Positions 1-14,252 of a stretch of 64,000 bases of DNA are shown in pieces. The position numbers and the translations under genes are program-made. The stretch spans positions 168,764,001-168,828,000 of the forward strand of contig NC_042998.1 of assembly GCF_006345805.1 (NCBI RefSeq). The letters are read 5' to 3'. A model generated the notes under the pieces. It ran no database searches. It worked only from the letters and a program-made list of their open reading frames with translations, and had not been told where the DNA came from. Positions within the stretch are counted from its first letter, which is position 1. Every line of letters starts with the position of its first letter. The DNA comes from Octopus sinensis (lineage: Eukaryota).

Positions 1-1017
1 CTAGTTTCTAACATCGATATAATGAGTCAAATTGGCAGGGAAGATTAGTCAATAAAATTTCCCGAAATAATTGAATAATACATAATTTATCGACTCCGAA
101 TGGATGAAAACAAAGTCCACTGCAGCGTGATTTGAGCTCATTATGTAAAGGAATGTAACTAAATACCGGAAGGTATTTTTATTTGCTTATGTACTGATAC
201 TTCTAGCTCCTGTAACCTACATTATATAGATTATTAACGACATCTTTTGGGTAGTAACAGTAACTAAGTCAAAAACAATTCGTCAACAATAGGTTTTATG
301 TAGAGAGAAAGCATTGATCATCATTAGCAGATATTATATAAAGACGAACATCTTAAACGTACGATAATGGTAGGTTTTAGAAATACACTTCCCATTACAG
401 AGGAAATAAGGCAACTACACTAAAGGAACAATAGAAAATAAATGGAATATTAGAAAACCGTTCAAGGAGATACAGCTTTCTTGTTTACAAAGAATTAAAT
501 AATTTTGAATAGCGTGCTGCAAATACAATACATCGAGCGTAAACGACAAAGTGTGATTGGATTTCTAAAAAAAAATATCCGCTAAATAATGGACTACATT
601 GTTTCTCAATAATTTATTCACATGAACCTATAAATTCTATAACTTCTATGATATGGCATCACTTTTGAGAGTATTATTGAATACTTTTCGAGTATTTTAG
701 CTCTTAAGGTCCTTCAGGCAACAGACGCTTCTGATAGCATCTTGATATTTTGGCGAGATGACGAAAAGCAATGAAATTCTGTCTTTATTTCACAAAACCT
801 AACTGCAAATTAAGAAAGGCTTAACAAAAGATGTCCATAGATCCACTCTTTCATAATGAACAGCGACATATCAGAGGAAGACTGTAGTATCAATTAAATA
901 TGATACATCAATCTTATTTTTAACATATTTTACTGGATTCTTGTCTTTAGGAAAAGGTAGATTCTTCTAAGAAAAGATACATTGAATGTTTCGTTGTTGT
1001 TGTCGTCGTCGTTGTTG

Positions 1018-1419
1018 TTGTTGTATAATTATTTTTCTTTTTGTGAGAGACAGATAGCAAAGAGTAATTAATTCCTTGTATGGGTTTTGATGTCAGATTT
1101 CGATAACAATGAAGAGCTTATGAACTTAAAATCCAAAATACGAGCGAAGGAAAGAGTATTGTAGAGCAAAGGTGAAAGATATGTTTCTAATCGGGCTTAC
1201 AATAGTTTAAATAAATAGTTGAATTTAAGTGCATGCTGGAAGATAATATATCTCCTTTTGGGATTTGATAATTTAAGGAAATGATTAATTTAATGCAGCT
1301 TACGTTATGCTAATATTCAAGCATGTGCTCGAATAGCTCAGTATAACTGATATATTCCTGAAACTATTGTAAAAACTGAAGTTGAAACTGTATTTGAACA
1401 TAAATATTATCATACATTT
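1018..1419 (+). repeat. Diverged local duplication, copy 1 (copy 2 at 2395-2790)
   Basis: Colinear ~400 bp similarity with shared blocks such as gatgtcagatttcgat, gcagcttacgttatgctaatattca and ttcctgaaactattgta. Confidence 0.9.
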
Positions 1420-2394
1420 TCTTGTTCTCGTTTAGTCTTAAGCCAGTTCCTGTCAAGACGACTTTTGATCAGAGGCATTCAAACTACAACACACTCTCTC
1501 TTTTTCAAACGGTATATATAAGCCAGTGGATTCCCCATGCTTTTAAGACACACGTGAGTGATTTGAAAGAAAGTTGGTTGCTATTTCTGCGAAGAGGACC
1601 TTCAAAGATGACGAGTTTCTTGGTATAGATAGTAAGTTACAAGCAAACCAATCCGGCCAACCGGGCTTGATTAAATGTTATAGCTGCTTCACTTACTTTT
1701 CTTCTTACAATCCCAGAAGCGGTATGAACGCTACAAATCGTACTTGCATAACTAGGGGATCAGCTGGAATTGATTTCAAGAATACGGAGAAAAATGTTGT
1801 GAATGGAAATAGAAAGAAATCTTCGATACTGATCGTTTGTTTTCTGCCCACGATGTGCATTTAAATAGGAGTTATTTTGCCTTTCATGATAGTAATTCTC
1901 ACCAAATACACTAACCATGTGTCTCAATTTATTTTGAAATTGATAAGGAATTCAGAAGGGATTTAGTAAAATAACAAATTATTCTATTAGATTTATACGC
2001 GAAACTCTTGGCCCTTAAGTTACTCTCTTACTTCTGTTATTTAATAAGAAAACTTAATTATCCTGTTACTAATCTGGTATTTGGTATATACCGGATAATT
2101 TTTGTATCATAAAAACCAGATGCGGTCTCAGATGAGTTAGTATCAAACGGGTGAAATGAATTGAAAGAATATATCCGTCTGAAGCAGTACAAAGATTCTC
2201 TGTGATTTGCTTTTGAGGTGAAATACGAGAAACAATTTGTTGTTTATATCTCTTAAAGCAATATGATAATTAGGACGCCAAGAATGAGTGTTATTCAGAG
2301 AGGTGCAAAATAGTAACTTGAATCTTACTGTTTCAGAAATTGCACGGTCATCTTAGACAAATGTTGTCTTTGAGGTTATATTGTTGTTGTTATA

Positions 2395-2790
2395 GTTGTA
2401 TAATTAATATTTTTGTTAGAGACGGACAGCGGAGAGTAATTAATTCCTCGTTGAGTTTTGATGTCAGATTTCGATATCAATGAAAAGCTTATGAATTTAA
2501 AAACCAAAACACGAGCAAAGAAAAGAGTATTGTGGAGTAAAGATAAAAGATATTTTTCTGAACGCGCGCAGGATAGTTTAAATAAATAGCTGCATATAAG
2601 TGCATGCTGAAAGATAGCATATCTCGTTTTGGGATTTGACGATTTAAAGAAAAGATTAAGTTAATGCAGCTTACGTTATGCTAATATTCATGCATGTGCT
2701 CTAATATCTCAGTATAACTGATTATTCCTGAAACTATTGTACAAATTGAAGTTGAAATTGTGTTTGAACATTAATACTATCACACATTTA
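2395..2790 (+). repeat. Diverged local duplication, copy 2
   Basis: See copy 1. It is immediately followed by a SINE. Confidence 0.9.
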
Positions 2791-3005
2791 AAGTCGGTGA
2801 ACTAGGAGAATCGTCAGCACGCCGGGAAAAATATTAGCAGCATTTCGTCCGTCTTTACGTTCTGAGTTCAAATTCCGCCGAAATCGACTTGCCTGTCATC
2901 CTTTCGACGTCGATAAAATAAGTACCAGTCAAGCACTGGGACTGATATAATCGACTAACCCCTCCTTCGAAGTTGTTGTCCTTGTAACAAAATTTGAAAT
3001 CAATA
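2791..3005 (+). mobile_element. tRNA-type SINE family A (ggcggcgagctggcagaa...gtcgactttgcctttcatcctttcggggtcgataaa), diverged
   Basis: Head, central gtcgac...cctttc...gtcgataaaataagtaccag block and cccctcc tail match the other copies in the window. Confidence 0.85.
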
Positions 3006-3224
3006 TTATCATATGTTTATTCCTTGATAAAAACTAGTTTTGATGACTGACAGTTTATTATACATTTTAAAACGACGTAAAATAGATTGAAGTAAATAAT
3101 GAACAACTGATATTTAACTCAAACATTAGGTTGGCTCTTCTCATTCGCAATTCTTTCTTTAAATAACAGAACCTACTTCAATAGCTGAAAAGGGAAATTA
3201 TCCTAACAGTAAAAGATATTTTCT

Positions 3225-3457
3225 TCTTCTTCTTCTTCTTTAAAAGCCTAGCCAGGCTCATGGGCCTGGTTATCCGGTTTCCATGGCGTATATGTTCCAT
3301 CGCAGCGTTACTCATTTTTGCCAGCTGAGTAGACTGGAGTAACGTGAAATGAAGTGTTTTGCTCAAGAACACAACGCGTCACCAAGTCTAGGAATCGAAA
3401 CCACAATCTTACGATCATGATGCTGACACCCTAACAACTAAGCCACGCGCCTCCACA
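3225..3457 (-). mobile_element. tRNA-type SINE family C (CORE-like block ttgagcaaaacacttcatttcacg) with (GAA)n tail
   Basis: Minus strand tgtggaggcgcgtggcttagttgttaggg...gtttcgattcc has A/B-box-like motifs. The head is shared with 7905 and 15280. Confidence 0.8.
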
Positions 3458-3717
3458 AAATATATTTTGTCATAAGGAAACTATTACGTAAAGCTGCATA
3501 TTTTTCCATGGGAAAATTGATTGGTTCTGACCACGAATGGCTAGAAATAAAGTTACTTTGAGAAAGATAATAACAGTCTCATATGTAATGCACTGCAGAC
3601 TACTATGAAGTTATCTTTCATTATTAACGATGAAATTCGTTGCGACAGAAGGGTGAATGTGGGAGTAATACTGGCTGGGTGATACTGATTGTGGAGATAC
3701 AGAGGTAGTGTATATAT

Positions 3718-3887
<170 letters not shown>

Positions 3888-4218
3888 GGGAAGAGAGAGA
3901 TGGTTTTAATGTTTGATCTTCTAGAAAATAACTTTTAATGAGCACATTTCTACTTGGACTGATATCAAAGATCATCAAAAATCCACGAGAAGCGCTATTT
4001 CTTATTGAAAATTGGTACACACCCGTGAAAATAAGCTATAGAATATAATCCATTCTCATTTCTTTATTTGACTCTTTGATATTTCCTTCAGAGTTATTAC
4101 TTCAAAACTTCTCTTCCGGTGGTCTTTTGGTCTCTCATCATTTCCAGTAAAAATCTATATAAATTCAACCCACATTACTCCGCACAGTCAGGGTCGCAAC
4201 ACCTAGGTGGCTACAGCA

Positions 4219-4239
4219 ACGCACACACACACACACACA

Positions 4240-4278
<39 letters not shown>

Positions 4279-4300
4279 ACACACATACACACACACACAC
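4219..4300 (+). repeat. (CA)n microsatellite
   Basis: Direct reading. It may be the tail of the adjacent LINE 3' end. Confidence 0.99.
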
Positions 4301-4600
4301 ATGATGCTGTCGACTCGCTAGATGAGTACCACTATCACTGCTGACCAGTTACGTTGTTCTTGATTTGTTTGTTCGTAGTCATTTTCCCACTGACGATAGG
4401 ACCTATAATGGCTTTCAAAATAAGGAAGTGTCATGCATTTTTTATGCAGATGCAGCATTCATTCTCATGTGCTGGAATCAGGTGCTTATTCTGTACATCA
4501 TCTTCGTGGCATACTTTCATGTGCCATGTGAGTCCAAATCAGCTGGAAAATTCCCTACCACACAGACTGAATAAAGAATTAGATACTGGAAATAGTTTGT
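4301..4600 (-). mobile_element. Degenerate RTE-like LINE 3' end with C2H2-like remnant
   Basis: Minus frame SLCGREFSS*FGLTWHMKVCH...CCICIK resembles the terminal C2H2 fingers of RTE ORFs. It is followed by a short UTR and (GT)n. Confidence 0.5.
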
Positions 4601-4709
4601 ATTCAGCCAGAGGCCTTTCAACTCTAACATACATATATAAATACATAAAAAAACATACAAATCTGCACATGCTCTCACTCCAAATACTGCACATATGCAA
4701 ACATACATG

Positions 4710-4816
4710 TAAAACCATTCTGCTGATGCCGTTGAAATTCAAATGAAGGAGCCTTGGATCTAAGTTAGAAATTGACTCTATTGGAAAGAAACCTTGAAAT
4801 AAAACTGAATAAAGAC
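4710..4816 (+). mobile_element. (TACA)n-embedded dispersed repeat, copy 1
   Basis: tgctgatgccgttgaaattc...ggagccttggatcta...ctattggaaagaaaccttgaaataaaactgaata matches ~50315-50420 and ~63215-63312. Confidence 0.85.
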
Positions 4817-4847
<31 letters not shown>

Positions 4848-5933
4848 TATATACATATATACATACATACATGCATGCATGCATACATACATGCATACAT
4901 ACATACATACATGCATGCATACATATATACATACATACATGCATGCATGCATACATACATGCATACACACATACATGCATGCATGCATACATATATACAT
5001 ACATACACACACACATACATACATACATACATGCATGCATGCATACATATATATATACATACATACACACATACATACATGCATACATGCATACATGCAT
5101 GCATGCATGCATGCTTACATATATACTTACATACACACACACATACATACATACATACATACATACATACATACATACATACATGCATGCATACATATAT
5201 ATACATACATACACACATACATACATACATACATACATACATGCATGCATGCTTACATATATACTTACATACACACATACATACATACATACATACATGC
5301 ATGCATGTATACATATATACATACATACACACATACATACATACATACATACACATGCATACATATATACATGCATACACACATACATACATAAATACAT
5401 ACAACATACATACATACATACATACACACACATACATACATACATGCATGCATACATATATACATACATACAACACATACATACATACATACATACATAC
5501 ATACATACATACATACATACATACATACATACATACATCATACATACATACATACATACATGCATGCATACATATATATACATACATACATACATACAAC
5601 ATACATACATACTACATGCATGCATGCTTACATATATACTTACATACACACATACATACATACATACATACATGCATGCATGTATACTATATACATACAT
5701 ACACACATACATACATACATACATACATACATGCATACATATATACATGCATACACACATACATACATAAATACATACAAACATACATACATACACACAT
5801 ACATACACACATACATACATACATGCATGCATACATATATACATACATACACACATACATACATACATACATACATACATACATACATACATACATACAT
5901 ACATACATACATACATACATACATACATACATA
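4817..5933 (+). repeat. 1.1 kb compound (TACA)/(TGCA)/(TA)/(CA) microsatellite with higher-order duplications
   Basis: Direct reading. The marker gcatgcttacatatatacttacatacac recurs near 5108, 5247 and 5621. Confidence 0.97.
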
Positions 5934-6159
5934 CGAGGAGATGCTAAAAAGTTCCCGACTTTAAGAGTAGCGCGAAAGGCCGGCTTGGAGGACCGATCTT
6001 CTGGGTTCTTTTGCAGGGATTTTACAGGATTTAGAGAGGCCGAAGAACCGCTGCAACAAGTGTGTGAAATCTGAGAGGGGAACAAGCTGAATAACATAAT
6101 TAACTGAAGCTCCTGTACTTTCTTTTAACCAAAGCCAAGAACTTTTCAGCAATCTCTCG
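5934..6159 (+). mobile_element. Non-autonomous mariner-type MITE with TA target duplication
   Basis: TIRs cgaggagatgctaaaaagttcc (5934) and agaacttttcagcaatctctcg (to 6159), with TA on both sides. Internal LERPKNRCNKCV resembles the mariner transposase C-terminus. Confidence 0.85.
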
Positions 6160-7904
6160 TATATACACATGCACACACACAGACAAGCAGCCTAACACGT
6201 ATATACATACATGCACTTGCAAACACATAGTTAGGATGTAAAGCTAAAATAATTGGAAGATCCTGTATTTCTTTTAGCAATGAACATTAGGTTGTTTTCA
6301 TCTATTGATTGAACTACTTACTCATCAAAAAGAACTTCCTGGTGATCGAGTAGAATCACATGTACTCTAAGACATGTATCCTCAAGAATAGTCATCGTGA
6401 CATAGTTCTACGCAGTGTGATACAGTGTGTGATAAACCTAGTCCGTTCAGTTGCAGGTACATTCCATATGACGAGCTTCACACTGTTCTACTGTATCCAA
6501 TTTAACTCATAAGGCTTGTGCCTACACTAGGCTACTTATCCAAACTTGACATGCGGTGGGTGAGAACATGTGATCTACATGGCTACAAAGCGAATTCCTT
6601 AACCTTGTAACCTTGTAACAGGTCACATGTTTAAGGGCTCTAAGGCAGTACACACGCAATGTAAACATGTTTACGTTCATCAGACTAGTCGATGTGAAGG
6701 TTTTTTAAGAGCACTGCATTGATTTTGTATGAATTTGCGTATATACCTACAAGTATATATATACGCGTGTGTGTCTCTGTGTATGTGGTCTGTGTGTGTG
6801 TTTGTATGTGAGTAAGAAAGTACTATGCAAGTTTTTACATATGTTTGTTTGGAAGACTGTGTGGATATTTGTGTGAGTGGGTATGGGTGTGAATGAGAAT
6901 AAATGAGAGAAATTGTCTGTGTATGTCTGTGTGTCTGTGTGTATGCGTGCGCGCGCGTGTAGCTTTTCAATAATGTCTAATGAGTTTTACGCCAGATTAC
7001 ACACAGTAAGAATTGGGGTGACCTTGGCGGAAAAGTCACAGCCAGAAGTTATTCATCTGACAAACCTATCACAGACAACATTATATCTTCTCACACTAAA
7101 CAGTGTAGAATTTTGAACACACACACACACATCACACACACACACATACACACATACACACATATACACACACAAACACACACACATACATACGCACATG
7201 CATACTTACACACACACATATAAGGCTTTTCTTGTCTTTCGCTGAAACAATAAAATATGGAGAGAATATTCAACAAAAATAGCATGACTTAGATATAGAT
7301 TTCCCATGTTCTGCTAATTATCATCCCATGTCTCTCAATTCGATCTTGGGTAAAGTATTTACATCAAGTTAGTTAGCTTCTTCAAGAGAAGACTTGCTTC
7401 TTTTCAACAAAATCATATTTTCGACCATGACTGGTATAAGACCTTCCTGAAAATTGTACTTGAATACAAATTGTACCCATTCTCAAAACAATAGATTAGG
7501 AGTTTCCAGTCAAGTCAGTCTAGCACAAGTCAGACTGCAATTTTACTCTGTCAACTCTGTAATGAAATTCTCAGGCTTTGTAATTTACGCTGCTCTACTC
7601 TCAAACGACTAACCTCAAATGCATTTATATGCAGATGAAACCACAACACCAAAAATTCTCAATAGACGTATGTTTGAGATCTATCAAAATATTTTGAGGT
7701 TGTGTTATATAATATCTAAAGAAAATATTCTTCATTGGAAACATTAAAGATTTTCCTCACTCAATCAAACTAAAACAGAAATAGGGAAATGTTTCTTCCT
7801 AACAATCACATCGACCTACTCATAAATAACATACAACAAAAACTGTATATTTTCCCCTAAAAAAGATCTGCGATTCTGCTATCTTATATATGTTATAACT
7901 GAGT

Positions 7905-8220
7905 GAAGGCGCATGGCTTAGTGGTTAGATCATAGGGATCACAATCATGAGGTACTGAGTTCGATTTTCGGACCAGGCCGTGTTGTGTTCTTGAGCAAGA
8001 CACTTCATTTTCACGTTACTTCAGTTCACTCAACTGTAGAAATGAGTTGCGAGTCGATGGGGGCAAGCTGTATCGGTCTTTGCCTTTCCTTTTGATAACA
8101 TTGGTGCGTAGAGATGGGAAGCTGGTACGCATGGACGACTGCTGGTCTTCCATAAACAACCTTGCCATGGAGGGACACTTCTATTTGCAATTCTATGGTC
8201 ATTCATGAGCGAAGGGAGTC
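7905..8220 (+). mobile_element. SINE family C (CORE-like) with a different 3' body
   Basis: gaaggcgcatggcttagtggttag...gagttcgatt...ttcttgagcaagacacttcattttcacg. Confidence 0.8.
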
Positions 8221-8269
8221 ATTACATGTAACTGAGTACTGTTCATCTCTGCCATAAAATATTAAAACA

Positions 8270-8414
8270 CACACACACACACACACAGATACATACATAC
8301 ATACATACATACATACATACATACATACATACATACATACATACATACATACATACATACATACATACATACATACATACATACATACATACATACATAC
8401 ATACATACATACAT
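8270..8414 (+). repeat. (CA)n + (TACA)n microsatellite
   Basis: Direct reading. Confidence 0.99.
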
Positions 8415-9042
8415 AATCTGGAGTACAGTCAAGCAATGCCTGATAAACCAATTTCTTTCTCCCATATACTAAGAAGATTCCTTCTTGCTAAATTATATAA
8501 CTCGATCTTCGTAATGTTATGTAACCGACTCGTACTCTGAAAGTGTAAATGAGAAAATTATTATTATCTGTAAGTGTGTTTAAATTATGACTGTAATTCC
8601 AGCTAATTAATTTTATAAGGCTTCTGCAACGATTTCTTATGGTTATTATTTTTCTTTTACATATGAAATATAAATTAGAAATAAAATAATTACTATATTG
8701 TCCTGTGTGCAATATGACTAAATTATTTAGAATTTATACAATTGTTTGGAATAAATATTAAATAATAATGTAATAATCATTATCTTCTGTTACAAGTTAG
8801 ACGATTGTGAGTTGTCTTATTTTATAGTCTCTTTACTTGCGTCATAGCATGAGATGAACAAGTCTGTAAAATTATGATAAATATTGAATTCAAAGAATGC
8901 ATTCAGTCTTTTTATTCAGTGAATGAATATTTGTTGCTTTCATATATTGGTAAACCCAAACACATACATATGCAAACGCCCAACACACACACACACACAC
9001 ACACACACGCGCGCGCGCGTGCGCGCGCACAAATGTCTACAT

Positions 9043-9250
9043 ATAAAAGTTCCTGGCTTTGAGTAAAAGAAAATACAGGGGGATCAGTTAATTATGATTT
9101 TATTCAACATATTCCCTTCTCTGATTCACACATTGAGTGTACCTGACCTGCAGTTTTTCTAAGCCCTGTTAAAGAACTCGGGAGTTTGGGACTCCAGCCA
9201 GGTCTTTCACGATACCCTTAAACCTAGGAACTTTTCAGCACCCCCTTGTT
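9043..9250 (-). mobile_element. Second copy of the mariner-type MITE, inverted relative to 5934-6159
   Basis: aaaagttcctggctttgagtaaaagaaaatacagg...cagttaattatg is the reverse complement of 6070-6150. The far end is ggaacttttcagcacccccttgt. Confidence 0.8.
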
Positions 9251-9504
9251 TATATATAAACCACAGTAGTTTTGTTCATGTTACCATTTCCTCTTTATGC
9301 TTTCAAGGGAAGCGGCATCGGCTGTAAAGACTTTTTATTAAGTTACGTCAGTAAATTACACAATGAATAAGAAAATGATTTGCTCTTTAGTTAAGAAGAT
9401 CCAATTTCGTGGCACCGCTGAAAAATGTCTTCTGTCATAACCTGTATTTCTAATTTCAGCTTCCTAACGAATCGAATGTGAAATACTGAAACTGTGAGAA
9501 ACGT

Positions 9505-9571
9505 GTGTGTCTGTGTATGCGTGTGTGAGTCTGTGTATGTGTGTGTGTGTTTGTGTGTGTGTGTGTGAGTC

Positions 9572-9602
<31 letters not shown>

Positions 9603-9603
9603 T

Positions 9604-9656
<53 letters not shown>

Positions 9657-9665
9657 TGTGTGTGT
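9505..9665 (+). repeat. (GT)n compound microsatellite
   Basis: Direct reading. Confidence 0.98.
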
Positions 9666-11128
9666 ACTTGTTTGAGGGAAGCTAACTGCAGGATGATATA
9701 ATAATCTATGATAAAAATTATAAACAAATACTTTCGAAAGATAACCAATTGCGTGATAATTTTTTCTTTTAAGTTACAGAGGGAATCCCCTGCAGATATA
9801 CCCACCGTAAATCCGGTAAATAATTAGCCAATTGAAATCTGAAACCAACGACGCTATTCTTTAAAAAAAAATGTCTTTATTAAAGGCCTTTTGGAAATAA
9901 AATGCGTCGAATCCTACAGTTAATTTATGATGCAAACAGAAAGTGTGACAGCAACGTTCCTTTGGGAATAGTATTTTAAACTTTAAAACGGCATTAAATC
10001 GAATTTGATAGCTAATTTCGTAGCTCTAATTTGCATTTTAAATCTCTAAAATCAAGCTGTAGAATCTTAAATGAATGGTCAACGAGAATTTATAACGTGT
10101 CATGTTTCCTTAAAAGAAAGATGTAATTATTTGGGAATTGTTGCTTAGTTGAATCTGAATATGGTAAAATATATCTCACATCCAACGTAGAGATAATTAC
10201 TGTGCTCTCTACCAGAAAAAAAAGTATGAAAAATATTAATTACTATAATCTCACTGAGAAAGTGGAAAACTGCTTCTATATTATTTTGAAATCATAGTTT
10301 CTTTACTACATTGTTTGAAAATCAGTGAAATTATCTGAAATTAATTAGGATAGCTGTTGGTTATTTTAATATCGTTTATGTACTAGGTTCTCATAGAATG
10401 GATATCATAGAGAAAATAATAATAACATTCGTTTCATTATTTTTAATATATTCAACACCATCAAAGACTAACAAATTTTCGATTCATAGAATACTTATGA
10501 GACAGACATAAGTCGCAAATTAATGATGATGTCTATAAGAAACATTGAATATGAATTTTAATATTATTTTTATCAGAGTCCTTTCCAATCGTTTAAAGCC
10601 AAAATAAAATTTTAAATATAATTTTTATCATTTATTAATATAACTTCCAAACAATAAGGCAAATTAAATTTTAACTTAAGAATAAATATTCTTATAATGT
10701 ATATAATCCATAAATTAAATTCGAGATAGCTGACTCACGTAAGTGAACGTAGAGATATCTGACTCATACATTTTAGCGGAAGTCAATAAATTTGATACGT
10801 TAAATATTTTTACAACATTCCTTCATGTTTTGGAGATATCCACTTTTCAATATCTTAATTTGTTCTTTATGAAAAATCTTCTACAAAAGAGCATGCGTTC
10901 AATGTAATATAATTTAATCTCACAAATAACCAATTATAATAAATCATTCAAACGATCACATTTCCTGTTCATTTTTACTGACATCAATGGAAAGAAAAGA
11001 AAAACTAAATGAATCTTGACAAATTGTTGCACGCAATGTCCTTAATCTGTTTGTTGAGCATAATACATACAGTACGCACATCGTATTTCTTAATGTTTTG
11101 TTTATATATATATATATTATATATATAT

Positions 11129-11170
<42 letters not shown>

Positions 11171-11172
11171 AT

Positions 11173-11320
11173 AGGGAGAATTCACAAAAAAAAACAAAAG
11201 ACGAAGACAGGTGGTGTAGACAACAAACAGATGTATTAGTGTAACGCTCGGGAAGTGAAAAAGTCTTTAACGTTTCGAGCCTACTCTCTTCCACAGAAAG
11301 GAACACAGAAAGAAACAAGG
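11173..11320 (-). mobile_element. Microsatellite-flanked dispersed repeat with decayed minimal HHR core (Penelope-terminus-like), copy 1
   Basis: Homologous to 46500-46655. Minus strand CTGTGGA-A-GAGA-gtag-GCTC-GAAAC-GTT at ~11269-11296. Confidence 0.7.
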
Positions 11321-11364
11321 ATATATATACATACAAACACACACACCACACACACACACACACA

Positions 11365-11413
<49 letters not shown>

Positions 11414-12294
11414 TATATGTATATATAAATATATTTGTGTGCATGTATGTATGTGTGTATGTGTGTGTGCATGTATGTGTGTGTGTGTGCATGTATGTGA
11501 GTGTATTTGAAATACGCACGTATGGGGTAGGTTTAAGCTGAATATTAAAAGAAAATCACATCTAATCTATTAGAAGACAGACCATCTATGTACAATGTCA
11601 CATTCTATTATAGCATTCTAGCTTGGTATATATGCCAGATGCCAAACATCATTGATTCTGCATTAAGAAAGTTCGGGTATTATTGAAAGGCAGTGAAATC
11701 GTTGAAATCTCTATTCAATAACATCCATCATATGTTATTTACTTAGAGAAAAATAAAATAAGACATCAACTAAAAGAAAAACTAAATTATATTTTTTCAA
11801 AAGACTTCCATTTAGGCAACAGCAATGTAAACATTTTATTTTAAATATTCTTTTAACATTTTGGTTAAACATGTAGGCAGGTTATTGTATGAAATGGGTT
11901 TGCTGTGTGCGTTTGTGAGTGCTTGTGTGTTTGTTTTATGATATTAACGAAGTGTTTTAGTAAATTGATTTATAGTATAGACACAACGCCTCGAAAATGC
12001 AGTTGATGAGATCGACCTTGGTAATCGGCCGTCGTTTTATTGATTTTCCTGATTCAATGAAAGTTATAATTAACTTCAGCAAATCCTCGAACTCAGAATG
12101 TAAAGAACAACAACTAAATACTTCAGTACATTGGAACCGAAATTATATTGTGCCAATATACCGTTCTTAAACATGCTACACTTCAAATATATTATCATAT
12201 GGTTTTGAACGTTAGCACAAGACCTCACATTTTGGAAGAGGTTTGAAATATTAGCACAAGGCCTCACATTTTGGTTGATTATATCAAACAGAAA

Positions 12295-12485
12295 GGCAGC
12301 GAGATGGCAGAATCGTTACTGCACCGGACAAAATGCTTAGCAGCATTTATTCCGGCTTTACATTCTCAGTTTAAATGCCGCCGAAGTTGATAAAATAAGT
12401 ACCAATTGAAAACTGGAGTCAATTTAACTGAATTACCCCTCCCACAAAATTACTGGCCTTGTACCAAAACTTGAAACCAATATAG
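12295..12485 (+). mobile_element. SINE family A, diverged
   Basis: ggcagcgagatggcagaatcgttac...ataaaataagtaccaattg...cccctcccacaaaattactggccttgtacc. Confidence 0.85.
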
Positions 12486-13974
12486 ATTTTTTTTAACAGA
12501 GGCATAACGCTAATGATTTGGGAATTAGTAGGTTAGATCGCCTCACATCACTTTACTGGTACTTTAATTTACTGACACTGGAAGGATAAAACTTGAAAGA
12601 ATAAAAAGCAAACGTGACCTTGGAATGTACAAAGAGGTAGCTAAATGCACCGAGGAATATTGTGCGACAGTCGGCGTATTCGTCCATCCATCATCCTACC
12701 AATAGCAATAATTTCTAACACCATTAATATAAACTACATCAACAATATAATGATGCTACCCTTAATGATGATAAATATATTAGTAGAAGAATGGAAGGGG
12801 TAATTCTGCATTTTCCTTTTAACCATATTTTTTTTATTTGTTGTCATGGCTTTTCTTTTAAAAAAAATATCTTTTAAATAGTCCATTATCAAATATATTA
12901 TTAAATATCGACTTCCTAATTATTTTCAATACTCTGGTTCGACACGACCGGATACAGGTCTAGAAACGTGCTAAGACAACCCCTGTTGTTAAACTAGTTT
13001 TGATTAGGTGGTAATGGAATGATTTATGAGAAATGGTTACTACGGGAAACAATTGAATATACAAATGAACAGAGGTCGATCTGTTGGCAGACTTTAAATT
13101 GAAACAAAAATAGAACAAAAACAAGTTCAAAGAAACAATTTTTTAAAAAAATACTTTCTGCAATGAAAGAGAAAAAACAAATGAAATAGCAGTTTTTCTT
13201 TCATTTATTTACTTATTCATTTAGTTAATTATTTATTTGTTGTAATTCTTGGCAGTCAATATGGAGAAGTTATTTAACAATTATTTGTCGTTTGAGAAAA
13301 CAAAATAATTGTTGTATTGATTTCTAACATAAGCAGGAAAGTTTGAGCAAGTGTTTTAGTTCACTAAATCAACTCAAGTAGTCGACTGGTACTACATGTT
13401 ATTGATCTCACAGTTATGAAAGATAATAGTTGATCACAGTGTTATTTGAATACAAGATGTAAAATAATGTGATTAAATATTTCGAGATATATATTCCGAT
13501 TCTCTTCTCACTGAATCTCCACTATTGTGCAGTTAGTAATAAAGATTTTTGACATAAATGCAATGCCGTAAAGTATGGATAAAACGCCAATTAAATTCAA
13601 CGCCCTGCACTTTCTTATTCATTCTTCCATAGTCAGTAAAATAAATACCAAGAGAAATACCTGGGGAGAGGGTATGAATCACAAAGTTACTCGCGATGGA
13701 GCTTCAACTCTGAAGTACATAAAGATACGTACCTTGCTCGTAGGTCTATCAGTTCATCCGACTACTGCCCCAATCATAGCAATGATAATCATTGTAGTCA
13801 TAACATTTTTTTATACTACTACGATTACTGATCATATCTAATCGCTGCCCCAGTATATAAATGTTGAGGACTAAGCGTAAATAATTTCAAGAACATCAAC
13901 AGAAGGGAATGAACACCAAAATTTACCCTGTTCAGAAGCTTTTAGTCTGTACTCTATCGATACTGATATACACC

Positions 13975-14252
13975 TTTCTCAAATCGCTCCCAGTACTTTC
14001 TAATCTATTGACATCGGAAGGATGAATGCTAATATTGCCTCGGCGGTATTTGAGCTCAGAACATAAAGGCCCGTAAATTCAGTATTTGTCAGCAAATATT
14101 TTCTTTGCCTATTTCTTTACTACCCACAAGGGGCTAAACACAGAGAAGAACAAACAAGGACAGACAGACGGATTAAGTCGATTATATCGACCCCTGTGCG
14201 TAACTGGTACTTAATTTATCGACCCCGAAAGGATAAAAGGCAATGTCGACTT
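13975..14252 (-). mobile_element. SINE family A fragments (central part 13975-14075; 3' half 14103-14252)
   Basis: ctatttctttactacccacaaggggctaaacacagag...ggtacttaatttatcgaccccgaaagga is the reverse complement of the family A 3' half. Confidence 0.85.
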
